DNA from: a virus
Direction: 5' to 3' (one strand)
IMG/VR virus record: IMGVR_UViG_3300032213_001637
Coordinates: 32,001 to 96,000 of that record
Length of the DNA: 64,000 nt
A program made the position numbers and the translations under genes. Under the pieces are notes generated by a model. The model was not told where the DNA came from and ran no database searches. It saw nothing but the letters and a program-made list of their open reading frames with translations. Below are positions 19,825 to 30,426 of this stretch, piece by piece. Position 1 is the first letter of the stretch. Every line of letters starts with the position of its first letter.

Positions 19825-20759
19825 AATTATTTTTAGTTAACCATAAAGTAAAAAATTGTGGCGTGTACCAATATGGTAAACGTGTTGCATCTATTATTTC
19901 CAAGTCAAAAAACCTAATCGTTCATTATTTGGAAATGGATAACCGAGATGAATTTAAAAAAGAAGTTGATCTGCATAAACCTCAAGTGATTGTTTATAAT
20001 CATCTCACAGGTACAATGCCGTGGGTTGACGGTGAGTATGTTAACCAACTTCGTCAATTGGGAATTAAACAAGGAACTATTGTTCACAATGTTGCGTACT
20101 CTACATTCTTTGATTTTTATCTACACCAAGATCCCAATTATAAACCTAACGAAAACAATTATCGGTTATTGAGACCATTGTTTCAATATACCAACAAGAC
20201 CAATTTAAATCCAAACAAACTAAAGATTGGGTCATTTGGATTCGGATTTGCATCAAAACAATATGAAAGTCTATGTGCGTGTATACGAGACAATTTTCAT
20301 CGAACCACATTTCCAGTTGAATTAAGGTTACATCTTACACATTCACATTTCTGTGAAAATTCCAGAGACATTGAAACGATTAAGTTTGTATCAAATAGAA
20401 TACTAAACAATCCTAATATCACTTTGAATATTACCACAAATTTTATCAGTGATGACGAACTGTTGGAATTTCTTGCCGGTAATGATCTCAATATCTTCTT
20501 CTATCAAAAATATCCAAGTTACAATGGTATATCATCATCCATAGATTACGCATTGTCAGTAAAACGTCCTATTGCGATTTGTCGTAGCAACATGTTTTCA
20601 CACATTTGGAATACAACTCCATCTATTTGCGCCGAAGATTCTTCATTAAAAGAAATAATCAACAACGGTTTTGGTCCTTTAGAACACTATTATAATCAGT
20701 GGTCACATTCAAATTTCATTAAAGTATTCGAAGACAATATTAAAAATGTAGTGTTATGA
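19821..20759 (+). CDS. putative GT-B glycosyltransferase
   Basis: CGVYQY, IGSFGF, GISSSIDYALS..RP. Confidence 0.6.
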   Translation: MKLFLVNHKVKNCGVYQYGKRVASIISKSKNLIVHYLEMDNRDEFKKEVDLHKPQVIVYNHLTGTMPWVDGEYVNQLRQLGIKQGTIVHNVAYSTFFDFYLHQDPNYKPNENNYRLLRPLFQYTNKTNLNPNKLKIGSFGFGFASKQYESLCACIRDNFHRTTFPVELRLHLTHSHFCENSRDIETIKFVSNRILNNPNITLNITTNFISDDELLEFLAGNDLNIFFYQKYPSYNGISSSIDYALSVKRPIAICRSNMFSHIWNTTPSICAEDSSLKEIINNGFGPLEHYYNQWSHSNFIKVFEDNIKNVVL

Positions 20760-21502
20760 TAACGTTGGGAGTTTTAGTTACATGTTATAATGAAGTACGA
20801 GCGGTAGAATATTCCTTAACATATTTCAGGAAAATATACCGCTCTACAAATATTTACCTTACCACCGAAAGTCACGATTCAGACTACAATAGTTTATTGA
20901 ATCTAAATAACATTAGTATCAATCATGTTGACGATACAATGTATTTTATAAAAGAAGTCACAGATCAGAACTTTTTAGAGCCATATTTTCAAGAAAAAAT
21001 ACTATTTGCAACACGATCATTCTTAAATCGTGTCAAACAAGCAATTGAATACTGTCAAAGTGATTATTTGTTATTAATGGATCCTGACACCCTTGTTCGT
21101 GGACCATTATCAATTCCACAAGGAGCCAAGTTATTAGGATCTAGAATAAATTGGGGATTGCCTATGGCGTTGAGAACCATATTGACACAAACACCCGGCG
21201 CAATTGATATTAACTGTTGGGGAGCAACTCCAGCAATAATTCATTGTGATACTTTTTTGAAATCATATAAGTATGTGATGGAACAAGATCCAACCTTTTT
21301 ACCACGTATTGCAAAAACGTTTTATGCTATTTTTGCACATGACGTAATTCTCCCAATTTTATTTGCATTACAAGGAGAGCAAGAAATATTTAATAGTCAG
21401 ATTATCGAGTGTGGTCGATATCCGTATTGGCAACAAACATCACATCCAATAGTACATCAATTTAAATATTTATATGACAACAATCGTAACATCGTTTATT
21501 AA
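20756..21502 (+). CDS. putative GT2-like glycosyltransferase
   Basis: VLVTCYNE, DYLLLMDPD. Confidence 0.65.
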   Translation: MITLGVLVTCYNEVRAVEYSLTYFRKIYRSTNIYLTTESHDSDYNSLLNLNNISINHVDDTMYFIKEVTDQNFLEPYFQEKILFATRSFLNRVKQAIEYCQSDYLLLMDPDTLVRGPLSIPQGAKLLGSRINWGLPMALRTILTQTPGAIDINCWGATPAIIHCDTFLKSYKYVMEQDPTFLPRIAKTFYAIFAHDVILPILFALQGEQEIFNSQIIECGRYPYWQQTSHPIVHQFKYLYDNNRNIVY

Positions 21503-21541
21503 CGGTATACTACAAATCGGTGTAAATGTTACATAAAACTT

Positions 21542-22360
21542 ATGAGTAAATTATCTGCTGTATTTATTGGAAATTGTCAAAATTCTGGAATTGTTACTTA
21601 TCTTAAAAAGAACAAAGAATTTGCAGACAATTACGAGGTAAAAATTTACGCAAATTGGGAAATGATTAAAAATAAAGATTCTTTGCCGATCAAAGAATTA
21701 TTAACTGCTGATTTATTTGTGTATCAACCATTACCCGATATATATGGCTGTTATTCTACAGATCCAACCGTCCCCGATTCTTTAATTCACTATTTAAAGT
21801 CATCATGTATTCAAATTTCGTATCCATACGTATTTAACTCAGCATTATGGCCTATATATCAAAAAGGACATGAACAAAATTCTTGGTTTGGAGATAGTGT
21901 TATAAATAAATTGTTATTATCAAAAGCAACTCATGATGATATAATTAAACTATATCAATCAAATCAAATTGATTGGGAATATGAAAATAGGTTCAATGAA
22001 TCAATGTCAATTCTAAAAACTAAAGAAATTATAACCGACGTAAAGATTTCTAATTATATCGAATCAGAATTACAAAATCGTCTTTTGTTTTTAATTCCAC
22101 AACATCCTACAAGCATTATATTTTTAAACATGGTTAATCAAATTTTAACAAAACTAAAAATGAATCAATTAAATGAGGATGTTATATTAGACAAAAATGA
22201 AACAAAATTACCAGACTCAACATATAACAATCCCAATGGAATGTTTCCAATTCACGCATCAGTAATTAATCATTATGGATTAAAAAACTGTGATGGTTAT
22301 GTACTTGATGCAAATCAGTTTTATTTGGATAAACTTATAAAATATATAAATATGTTATAG
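21542..22360 (+). CDS. WcbI-like polysaccharide biosynthesis protein (putative acetyltransferase)
   Basis: IGNCQ, DLFVYQP, LFLIPQHPT. Confidence 0.8.
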   Translation: MSKLSAVFIGNCQNSGIVTYLKKNKEFADNYEVKIYANWEMIKNKDSLPIKELLTADLFVYQPLPDIYGCYSTDPTVPDSLIHYLKSSCIQISYPYVFNSALWPIYQKGHEQNSWFGDSVINKLLLSKATHDDIIKLYQSNQIDWEYENRFNESMSILKTKEIITDVKISNYIESELQNRLLFLIPQHPTSIIFLNMVNQILTKLKMNQLNEDVILDKNETKLPDSTYNNPNGMFPIHASVINHYGLKNCDGYVLDANQFYLDKLIKYINML

Positions 22361-22383
22361 TATTTACTATTAAAATAATAATT

Positions 22384-23133
22384 ATGACAACAATAGTTAC
22401 AGCGTTATTTGATATTAACAGAAAACAATACGGCGACGGACGGTCATTTGAAAAATATTTAGAATGGCTTCCGGAAACATTATCATTATCTTCAAATTAT
22501 GTTATCTACACTGAAGATAAAGTTGTACCATATATTCCAAAAAAAGATAACATCAAGGTTATAGTTTCATCATTGGAAGAAGTTCCACTATATCACAAAC
22601 ACGATCAAATTGAATCAATACTTAAAAATCCAGAGTATTTAAACAAAATTAAAGATCCTCACCGCGTTGAATGTGTTTTACCGTTATATAACATAATTCA
22701 ATATTCAAAGTTTGAATGGTTAAAACGAACAATCAAAGAAAATCCATTCAATTCATCATACTTTTTTTGGATGGACGCTGGGTGTAGTCGTTTTTTTGAT
22801 AACCTCCCAAACTCTTTTCCCAATCCAGATAAACTTCCACCCAAGTTTTTGATTCAAGGTAATGCCAATACTAATAGAATTGTTATTGACGATAGTTACA
22901 AATGGATGTCAGACTGTGTATTGGTAGGCACGTTCTTTGGAGGTCATTACGAATACGTAACCAAGGTTTCTGATCTCACGTTACAGTTCTTACAAGAAGA
23001 AATGTTGGATCAAAATATGATTAATAACGAACAAATTGCATTAGCTTACATTTGTAAGCGTAATCCATCATTGTTTAATGTATATATACAGTTGAACGGA
23101 CAACACTTACCCGTGTTAAAAATACTTGTATGA
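22384..23133 (+). CDS. HtrL/WlaTC-like glycosyltransferase
   Basis: TIVTALFDI, NPFNSSYFFWMDAG, GTFFGG, NEQ. Confidence 0.8.
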   Translation: MTTIVTALFDINRKQYGDGRSFEKYLEWLPETLSLSSNYVIYTEDKVVPYIPKKDNIKVIVSSLEEVPLYHKHDQIESILKNPEYLNKIKDPHRVECVLPLYNIIQYSKFEWLKRTIKENPFNSSYFFWMDAGCSRFFDNLPNSFPNPDKLPPKFLIQGNANTNRIVIDDSYKWMSDCVLVGTFFGGHYEYVTKVSDLTLQFLQEEMLDQNMINNEQIALAYICKRNPSLFNVYIQLNGQHLPVLKILV

Positions 23134-23750
23134 ACGAAACATTTTTTGCAGAACATAAAGAGGATCAATTTCTTAGATTAAAATACTTTCCTGATTATAG
23201 TTACAAAGGTACTTTGGTTGAAGTCGGTGGAGCAACTCCCGAGTTTATATCTGTATCTCGTCACTTCACATTAAACGAATGGAGAACAGTTATTGTAGAA
23301 CCAAATCCTACATTTGCTAAACAACACCGTGATATTGGAAATGAAATATACGAATATGCACTATCTGACACTGAGGAAGATGATGTTGATTTTACATTGG
23401 TACATATCACCGGAGGCAATGTCACCGATCACGCATTTTCTTCTTTAAAGATTAAAGACTCATATCAGTCAATATCAAATGGATGGGTGAATAAATTAAA
23501 TAAAACCCAAATTAAAGTTAAACAACGTCGTTTGGACACAATAATTAAAGAAGCGAACATCGAACATATAGACATTCTTTCAGTTGATACCGAAGGTTGG
23601 GAATTAGAAGTTATGAAAGGACTTAGTTTACTTAGACCCAAGGTAATCATGTTGGAAAATCTATTTAATGAAAACTCGTATCGTGAATATATGACCGAAA
23701 GAGGTTATAAGTTTGATACACGAATTAAAGACTGTGACATTTATCTATGA
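23130..23750 (+). CDS. FkbM-family methyltransferase
   Basis: VEVGG, VEPNP, RLDT, IDILSVDTEGWELEVMKG. Confidence 0.88.
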   Translation: MNETFFAEHKEDQFLRLKYFPDYSYKGTLVEVGGATPEFISVSRHFTLNEWRTVIVEPNPTFAKQHRDIGNEIYEYALSDTEEDDVDFTLVHITGGNVTDHAFSSLKIKDSYQSISNGWVNKLNKTQIKVKQRRLDTIIKEANIEHIDILSVDTEGWELEVMKGLSLLRPKVIMLENLFNENSYREYMTERGYKFDTRIKDCDIYL

Positions 23751-24694
23751 AAATTTCAATTATTGGACCCGGAATTATGCCCATACCTCCTAAAGGATGG
23801 GGTGCTGTAGAATCTCTGATATGGGATTATAATATCGAATTAACCAAACTTGGTTACGATGTGCAAATTGTCAACACACAAAATCGTCAAGAGATTATTA
23901 ATCAAGTTAATCAATATAATCCTGACTTTGTACATCTTCAATACGACGACTTGTTTGATGTGTTACCATATATCAAATGTAAACACAAAGCCGCAACTAC
24001 CCATTATGGCTACCTAGAACAACCACATCGTTACGGTGGATATGCTCGAATCTTTGAAGCATTTCTTCGTGGAGACTTTAACATCATCTGTTTATCAGAA
24101 GGTATCAAAAACGTATATAAAAAATATGGTGCCAATGAAAATAGATTGTACATAGTGTGTAACGGTGCAAGACAAGACATGTTCCGATATACCTCCACGC
24201 CATCTAAACCCGAAAAGAGCGTTTATCTCGCTAAAATCACAGATCGAAAACGTCAGTGGATGTATCAAAACATCAATGACATTGACTTTATTGGCAATAA
24301 GGACGATAATCGGTTTAATTTCTCTCGTCCAAACTATATTGGAGAATGGGATAAGCCTACATTGTATGACAATCTAACCAATTATGCCAACTTGGTATTA
24401 TTGAGTGATGGAGAAGCAGATCCACTTGTGACTAAGGAAGCGTTAATTGCGGGTCTTGGAGTGGTTATTTCAGAATGTTCTGTTGCTAATTTGGACTTGT
24501 CAAAACCATATATTAGTGTAATATCTGAAGATAAAATTTACGATTTAAACTACATTCGTGGCGTTATTGAAACCAACAGACAACAATCGTTGTTACACCG
24601 TGATGAAATTCGTCAATATGGAATTACTAATTTTGCGTGGGAAAACGTTGTGAAACAATATATTAATGTAGTAAATCAAATTATCTCAAAATAA
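23747..24694 (+). CDS. GT4-like glycosyltransferase
   Basis: IPPKGWGAVE, RKRQ, EADPLVTKEA (EX7E). Confidence 0.85.
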   Translation: MKISIIGPGIMPIPPKGWGAVESLIWDYNIELTKLGYDVQIVNTQNRQEIINQVNQYNPDFVHLQYDDLFDVLPYIKCKHKAATTHYGYLEQPHRYGGYARIFEAFLRGDFNIICLSEGIKNVYKKYGANENRLYIVCNGARQDMFRYTSTPSKPEKSVYLAKITDRKRQWMYQNINDIDFIGNKDDNRFNFSRPNYIGEWDKPTLYDNLTNYANLVLLSDGEADPLVTKEALIAGLGVVISECSVANLDLSKPYISVISEDKIYDLNYIRGVIETNRQQSLLHRDEIRQYGITNFAWENVVKQYINVVNQIISK

Positions 24695-24697
24695 GTT

Positions 24698-25783
24698 ATG
24701 TACGATTATTTAATTGTAGGCAGTGGTATGTTTGGATCAGTGTGTGCAAGAGAACTCACTGATAAAGGTTACAAGTGTTTGGTGATTGAAAAACGCAATC
24801 ATATTGGTGGCAATTGTTATACTGAAAACAAAGATGGTATTAACATTCACAAGTATGGCGCTCACATATTTCACACATCCAATAAAGAGATTTGGGATTA
24901 TATCAATAAGTTTGCGAAGTTTAATAACTTTGTAAATCATGTCAAGGTCAATTATAACGGTCAAATTTATTCTTTTCCGGTTAACATGATGACACTGCAT
25001 CAAATCTATGGAGTAACCACACCAGAACAAGCAAAAAAGAAACTAGATGAAGTTCGTATTCACAATGAAAATCCAAAGAACTTAGAAGAGTGGATACTAT
25101 CGCAAGTAGGAAAAGAAATATACGAAATATTCATCAAAGGATATACCACAAAACAATGGGGAAGACATCCCGTAGATTTACCATCTTCCATTATTAAACG
25201 TCTTCCTATTCGATTTACCTACGATGATAGTTACTATGGACTTGACTATCAAGGTGTTCCTATCGGTGGTTACACTCAAATATTTGAAAAGTTATTGGAT
25301 GGAATCGAAGTACGGTTGAATGAGGACTATCTTCAAAACAAAGAGTCACTTAACAATGTCGCTAAAAAAGTTATTTATACCGGTTCAATTGATGCATACT
25401 ATAACTACTGTTTTGGAAACTTGAACTACAGAAGTCTAAAGTTTGAAACTGAACGAATTGAAATACCGGATTATCAAGGAAACGCAGTTGTCAACTATAC
25501 AGAACTTCATGTTCCATTTACCCGAATTCTTGAACATAAACATTTTGATCCTGTTAATACAAACTTCACCTATATTACACGTGAATATCCAAGAGAATAT
25601 GGTGAAGGACTTGAACCATATTATCCTATAAATGATAAAGTTAATACACCAATATATGAGAAGTATAAAACATTAACTGAAAAAGAATCGAATGTTATAT
25701 TTGGTGGTCGGTTGGCTGAATATAGATACTATGATATGCATCAAGTGATTGGTTCCGCATTACACACCTGTAAAAAACTATGA
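24698..25783 (+). CDS. glf: UDP-galactopyranose mutase
   Basis: YLIVGSG, HIGGNCY, HKYGAHIFHT, EPYYP, GRLAEYRYYDM. Confidence 0.97.
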   Translation: MYDYLIVGSGMFGSVCARELTDKGYKCLVIEKRNHIGGNCYTENKDGINIHKYGAHIFHTSNKEIWDYINKFAKFNNFVNHVKVNYNGQIYSFPVNMMTLHQIYGVTTPEQAKKKLDEVRIHNENPKNLEEWILSQVGKEIYEIFIKGYTTKQWGRHPVDLPSSIIKRLPIRFTYDDSYYGLDYQGVPIGGYTQIFEKLLDGIEVRLNEDYLQNKESLNNVAKKVIYTGSIDAYYNYCFGNLNYRSLKFETERIEIPDYQGNAVVNYTELHVPFTRILEHKHFDPVNTNFTYITREYPREYGEGLEPYYPINDKVNTPIYEKYKTLTEKESNVIFGGRLAEYRYYDMHQVIGSALHTCKKL

Positions 25784-26685
25784 AAATACAAATTGTTACA
25801 CACCTTCTTCCCCACGAATTAGATGAATTTGAACGTCAATTGACCGTATTGAGTCAAGAAATGATTGATTGTCATGAAGTTACCTTGGATGTTACATTGA
25901 ATTTGAACACAGTTGATTGGAACAAAACAAAAATTCCAAAGGATTTCTTTATTGAGAAGTTCGAATCATTGTCAAAGTACGTTACTCATACCAGTTGGGC
26001 AAGAAACTACATCTTTGATGTAGATGACCATGGTACTTGTAGAGGGATCAACGACAAACGTCGTAATAGCATACGTAAATACGGTAAAGATGTAGACGCA
26101 TTTATATACTTGGATTCAGACTTGGTATTTCCTCCAGCAACTTTGTCATATTCGATACACTGTGCTACTCAGGTAAAGAACAAATATTATATTATTTCAC
26201 CTCAAATCACCAAAATTTGGGATCAAACATGGGACCATTTGGTAAATCATCAGTTCATTAACAACAAATATGGAAGTGAAAAGACGATCAATCCATATTT
26301 TGAAGTCAACCGTAAATCATATTTGAATCACATCAATCTTATCAAATGTGATCCTACCAAATTTGGTGGTGGATGGTTCAATTTAATTAGTTCCAACCTA
26401 TTAACATTTACAGATATACCCGATGCACTTGGACCCTATGGCGTTGATGATACCTATGTTATGTTCGCGGCTCAAATCATGAAAGTCAATAATATTGATT
26501 TCCAACAATATTTAATGGAACACATTATTGTAGCTGAGAACTATTTATTGAGACACAATTCATACAAAGATTACATAACCTATTTCGAAGACAGAAACAA
26601 CTTCAAAAGCAAGGCGGAGGCATCATTAGGCGACTGCCTAAGAGACTTTGTTAACAAAAACCAATACACATTCAAACATCTATGA
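25780..26685 (+). CDS. putative GT-A glycosyltransferase
   Basis: FIYLDSD DXD motif, YGVDD. Confidence 0.6.
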   Translation: MKIQIVTHLLPHELDEFERQLTVLSQEMIDCHEVTLDVTLNLNTVDWNKTKIPKDFFIEKFESLSKYVTHTSWARNYIFDVDDHGTCRGINDKRRNSIRKYGKDVDAFIYLDSDLVFPPATLSYSIHCATQVKNKYYIISPQITKIWDQTWDHLVNHQFINNKYGSEKTINPYFEVNRKSYLNHINLIKCDPTKFGGGWFNLISSNLLTFTDIPDALGPYGVDDTYVMFAAQIMKVNNIDFQQYLMEHIIVAENYLLRHNSYKDYITYFEDRNNFKSKAEASLGDCLRDFVNKNQYTFKHL

Positions 26686-27035
26686 TAAACCTGATAAACA
26701 TACTAAATACTACATTTATTGGAGTTGCATTTTTGGTTGTGTGGTTTCATACAGAAGCGTTTCTTGAATACAGTGGTTTGTTTAAAATGAAACGTCTTTT
26801 TAAAATAGATGAATTTGAAAAAGCACAAGAAAACGATTTCAGTTTAGAATACTTACAGTGGATAAAACAAACCTATCCAAACTTCTTCACTAAACTTGTC
26901 AATTGCCCGTGGTGTATTGGGTTTTGGTTTACCGTATTATCTTCATGGATTTTCTCCACGTTTTACATATTTCCCGTAACTTATGTGTTTACACTTGTTA
27001 TATATTTACTTATCGTAAATAAGTTTTTTAAATAA
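26682..27035 (+). CDS. membrane protein, DUF1360-like
   Basis: Hydrophobic segments and KLVNCPWCIGFW. Confidence 0.6.
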   Translation: MINLINILNTTFIGVAFLVVWFHTEAFLEYSGLFKMKRLFKIDEFEKAQENDFSLEYLQWIKQTYPNFFTKLVNCPWCIGFWFTVLSSWIFSTFYIFPVTYVFTLVIYLLIVNKFFK

Positions 27036-27036
27036 T

Positions 27037-27330
27037 ATGATACTGGTTCAAAACTTCACCGAATTTTACAACATATTAAAAACGCACAATGGAATACCCA
27101 ATTCAGTTTCTAAACTGAAAGAGTATGTATTATTGGTAGAACGTTTTAAAAATACGTGCAGTTGTAGAGGTACCGAAAAACAACGTGTAAAAAACGAGTG
27201 TGAATCCCAATACCGATTATTGGTTATAACCGAAGTTAGTAACCATATCAATCTATTCAAAAACTCTTTGGGTGATGGTAACATTAAATTTATTCAAAAT
27301 AATGTTATCATCCAAGAGTTTAATGTTTGA
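27037..27330 (+). CDS. hypothetical protein
   Basis: 97 aa, last gene of the plus-strand operon. Confidence 0.6.
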   Translation: MILVQNFTEFYNILKTHNGIPNSVSKLKEYVLLVERFKNTCSCRGTEKQRVKNECESQYRLLVITEVSNHINLFKNSLGDGNIKFIQNNVIIQEFNV

Positions 27331-28293
27331 TTATAGATAACTTTCAATAGTTGTCTTTAAAGCGTTTGAAAAGTCTGTAAGGTTCATTTGTCCAAACTTC
27401 TGTTCATAATCAAAGGTCTCAATCGAATAACGCAAGTCATGTCCCTTGCGATCTTCTACATAGTTGATATAATCATAGTCGATCTTAGTGTTAGTAACAT
27501 CTTCATAAACAGATTTAATATGTTCAATCAACTCAAGATTGGTTAATTCATTCTTTCCGCCAATCAAATACTGACTTCCTACATCCCCAGTTTCAAGAAC
27601 GTCCCAAATACAGTTAACGTGATCTTTTACATAAATCCAATCACGTACATTTTGACCAGTTCCATATACAGGAATTGGTTCACGGTTTTTCAACTTACGA
27701 ATACAAGTTGGAATTAACTTTTCACCATTTTGTCTTGGTCCAAAATTATTGCTACAATTAGTAATGATAGCAGGTAACTTATATGTCTTAACATAACTAC
27801 GTACAAGTAAGTCACTTGCAGCCTTTGTGGCAGAATATGGACTGTTGGGTCGATATGGACTATCTACAGTAAATGAAGACTCCTTTGCATTCAATGATCC
27901 ATACACTTCATCAGTGGATATATGAATAAACTTCTCTACCTTTCCATAATCATATATCGCTTTAATCAAATTAAATGTTCCCAAAACATTGGTGGTAACA
28001 AACGGATCGGGAGAATAAATTGAATTATCAACATGAGTTTCTGCGGCAAAGTTTACTACATGAGTAATCTCAAACTTATTCAACGTCTGCCACAGAATAA
28101 CACCATCGTTAATATCCGCAACATAATGTTTATATCGTGGATCAACATTAAACTGTAAATTCTTATTGGCAGCATATGTTAACTTATCAAAGTTAATGAT
28201 ATTGTCAATATCAGGATTGTTCAATAACTTCTCTACAAAATGTGATCCTATAAAACCACATCCACCTGTGACTAAAACGTTTTTCTTATTCAT
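27331..28293 (-). CDS. rfbB: dTDP-glucose 4,6-dehydratase
   Basis: TGGCGFIG, DKLTYA, FAAETHVD, STDEVYG, YSATK, RKGHDLRY. Confidence 0.95.
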   Translation of the reverse strand: MNKKNVLVTGGCGFIGSHFVEKLLNNPDIDNIINFDKLTYAANKNLQFNVDPRYKHYVADINDGVILWQTLNKFEITHVVNFAAETHVDNSIYSPDPFVTTNVLGTFNLIKAIYDYGKVEKFIHISTDEVYGSLNAKESSFTVDSPYRPNSPYSATKAASDLLVRSYVKTYKLPAIITNCSNNFGPRQNGEKLIPTCIRKLKNREPIPVYGTGQNVRDWIYVKDHVNCIWDVLETGDVGSQYLIGGKNELTNLELIEHIKSVYEDVTNTKIDYDYINYVEDRKGHDLRYSIETFDYEQKFGQMNLTDFSNALKTTIESYL

Positions 28294-29549
28294 ATAATTT
28301 CAAATGTGGGACACGGAACAATAAAATGACCACCAGCCATCAAATACGGTGCTTCTCTCCTCTTGAATTCATCAATAAAATGCCAAGGCAAAATCAAAAG
28401 ATAATCTGGTCTAGCCTTTCTCATTTCATTTTCAGAATATATAGGAATGTCAGTGCCAACTGTTCTTAGTCCAAATTTATATGGACTACGTTCAGCCGCA
28501 CCATCAATCAACCGTTTATCCAATCCAAAGTACTGTAATAATGTATTTCCCTTAGTAGATGCTCCGTATACCCAAATCTTTTTACCTTTCAACTTCTCTT
28601 GTTTGATGAAGTTATACGTTTTAATCTTCAACTCTTGAAGTTTCTTATAGAAATCCATGTAAAATTCAATAGTGTTTGCACCAATCTTGTTTTCATATTC
28701 CAAAATAGAGTTTACACGATAACGAGCGACATCACGATATGGCGCAGTAGCGAAAGAAGTAACCTTAGCGACATCTTTCTGTAGATATACTCTAAATGAT
28801 CCACCGTTAACATCATTCAACTCACAATCAACAATTTTAAACTTGGCTCTATCAGCAACATGTTTAAATGAATGTAATGAATAGTACATTAAATGTTCAT
28901 GACAAATGTTATCAAATGCCATTTGTTGAATCATCAACGGAGTATAACTCATTTGAACCACAAACATTCCTTCATCACCCAACACGTCATAAATCTCATT
29001 CATGAACGCAACTGGGTCAGGCAAGTCATAGAACATCGCAATACATGTGATTACGTCACACTTACGTCCTTTAAAAATACTTCGATCAAATGCGTCCTTA
29101 GAGAAGTAGTCTTGAATTACCTGATCAGCAAACTTAACACTCTCTTTGGTATATGAATCATCCGCTGGATCAATTCCTAGACGAGCATATGGTGTGGGAA
29201 CATAGTTCAACAACGTTCCATCGTTACACGCAATATCCAACCATAACGGAGTATCACATGGAATGTGCACATTGATACAACTATCAACCACGTTTTTAAG
29301 TTGATTACGCATGGTTTGATTAGTACCAGAACGATACCAATACTGACCATACATTTTGTTTGGATCGGCGCCCTGTTCTAACTGTACCAACTTTGATGTC
29401 GGTGAAAACATCAACTTCATTTCAGACTTATAATCGTCAGATGGTTGTTTTTTTACAAAGTTTGAAATGAACAAATTACCCAACGTAAACAACGGAGTTA
29501 ATGTATCATTTGATACCCGACAATTTGTAACTTTTTCAGTATATTTCAT
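28290..29549 (-). CDS. NDP-sugar C-methyltransferase (3-C-methyltransferase-like)
   Basis: LDIACNDG, FDNICHEH, NGGSFR, YGASTKGNTLLQ, LPWHF. Confidence 0.88.
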   Translation of the reverse strand: MKYTEKVTNCRVSNDTLTPLFTLGNLFISNFVKKQPSDDYKSEMKLMFSPTSKLVQLEQGADPNKMYGQYWYRSGTNQTMRNQLKNVVDSCINVHIPCDTPLWLDIACNDGTLLNYVPTPYARLGIDPADDSYTKESVKFADQVIQDYFSKDAFDRSIFKGRKCDVITCIAMFYDLPDPVAFMNEIYDVLGDEGMFVVQMSYTPLMIQQMAFDNICHEHLMYYSLHSFKHVADRAKFKIVDCELNDVNGGSFRVYLQKDVAKVTSFATAPYRDVARYRVNSILEYENKIGANTIEFYMDFYKKLQELKIKTYNFIKQEKLKGKKIWVYGASTKGNTLLQYFGLDKRLIDGAAERSPYKFGLRTVGTDIPIYSENEMRKARPDYLLILPWHFIDEFKRREAPYLMAGGHFIVPCPTFEII

Positions 29550-29550
29550 A

Positions 29551-30411
29551 TTATTTCCAGTTCTCTAAACAGTAATCTAATGCTTCATCTACAGTTCTCA
29601 TTTTAATTCCAGTTGATAACAATTTTTGATTGTTCATAACACAGTTGGAACGTGGTGTTTTTGCGGCTGTGGTATAAAACGATTCTTCATTATCAAAAAA
29701 TTCGAAGACTTTATCTTTAGCAATAGTCTTTTGCATTTTTTCAATAACTTGTTTTGTAGTTATAAATCCAGTATTAGTAACGTTGTAAATACCATACGGT
29801 ACATCTCGCGTAATAGTTTCAATACAAGCACGTACAAACTCTTGTTTATTAGATATAGAATTTTCAGCATCTAATAGTTTTTTATAATTCAACATTTTGG
29901 ATAGATAATTACGAGGATTGTCAATATCTTCAAATGGAATTCTCAATCGCCAAATATAATGTTTAGGAGAATTCTTTATGATGATATTTTCCGCCATAGC
30001 CTTTGTTCCACTATAAAAGCTACAATTGTTTTGTTCAAAACTGAAATTGGGAGGATCAAATTCGGTAAACGGACTTCCATCACTACGCCGTCCAGTATAA
30101 ATACACCCACTTGACACATGTGCAAACGTAATATTATTGTTTCCACAAAACGTTGACAATATAGTAGGTAGTACAACATTACCATAAATGGTGTTATGTT
30201 TATCAGTTTCACACGCATCTACATTTGGTTTGCCAGTGTATCCAGCACAATTAATGATTGCAGTTAACTTTAACGATTTGTGTAGAAGTTGTAATTGTGT
30301 GTATGTAATGTCCCTAGAAGGAATATGTGTACGAGTTGGAATTCCTTTTTGAAATAGTTGTTTATAAAACTCTTTTCCAACATAACCATTTGAACCTAAT
30401 AATAAAATCAT
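29551..30411 (-). CDS. NDP-4-keto-6-deoxyhexose reductase (RmlD-like, NRS/ER-type)
   Basis: LLGSNGYVG, NCAGYTGKPNVDACE, SSGCIY, YSGTK, WRLRIP. Confidence 0.85.
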   Translation of the reverse strand: MILLLGSNGYVGKEFYKQLFQKGIPTRTHIPSRDITYTQLQLLHKSLKLTAIINCAGYTGKPNVDACETDKHNTIYGNVVLPTILSTFCGNNNITFAHVSSGCIYTGRRSDGSPFTEFDPPNFSFEQNNCSFYSGTKAMAENIIIKNSPKHYIWRLRIPFEDIDNPRNYLSKMLNYKKLLDAENSISNKQEFVRACIETITRDVPYGIYNVTNTGFITTKQVIEKMQKTIAKDKVFEFFDNEESFYTTAAKTPRSNCVMNNQKLLSTGIKMRTVDEALDYCLENWK

Positions 30412-30426
30412 AACCGGGAATATATA

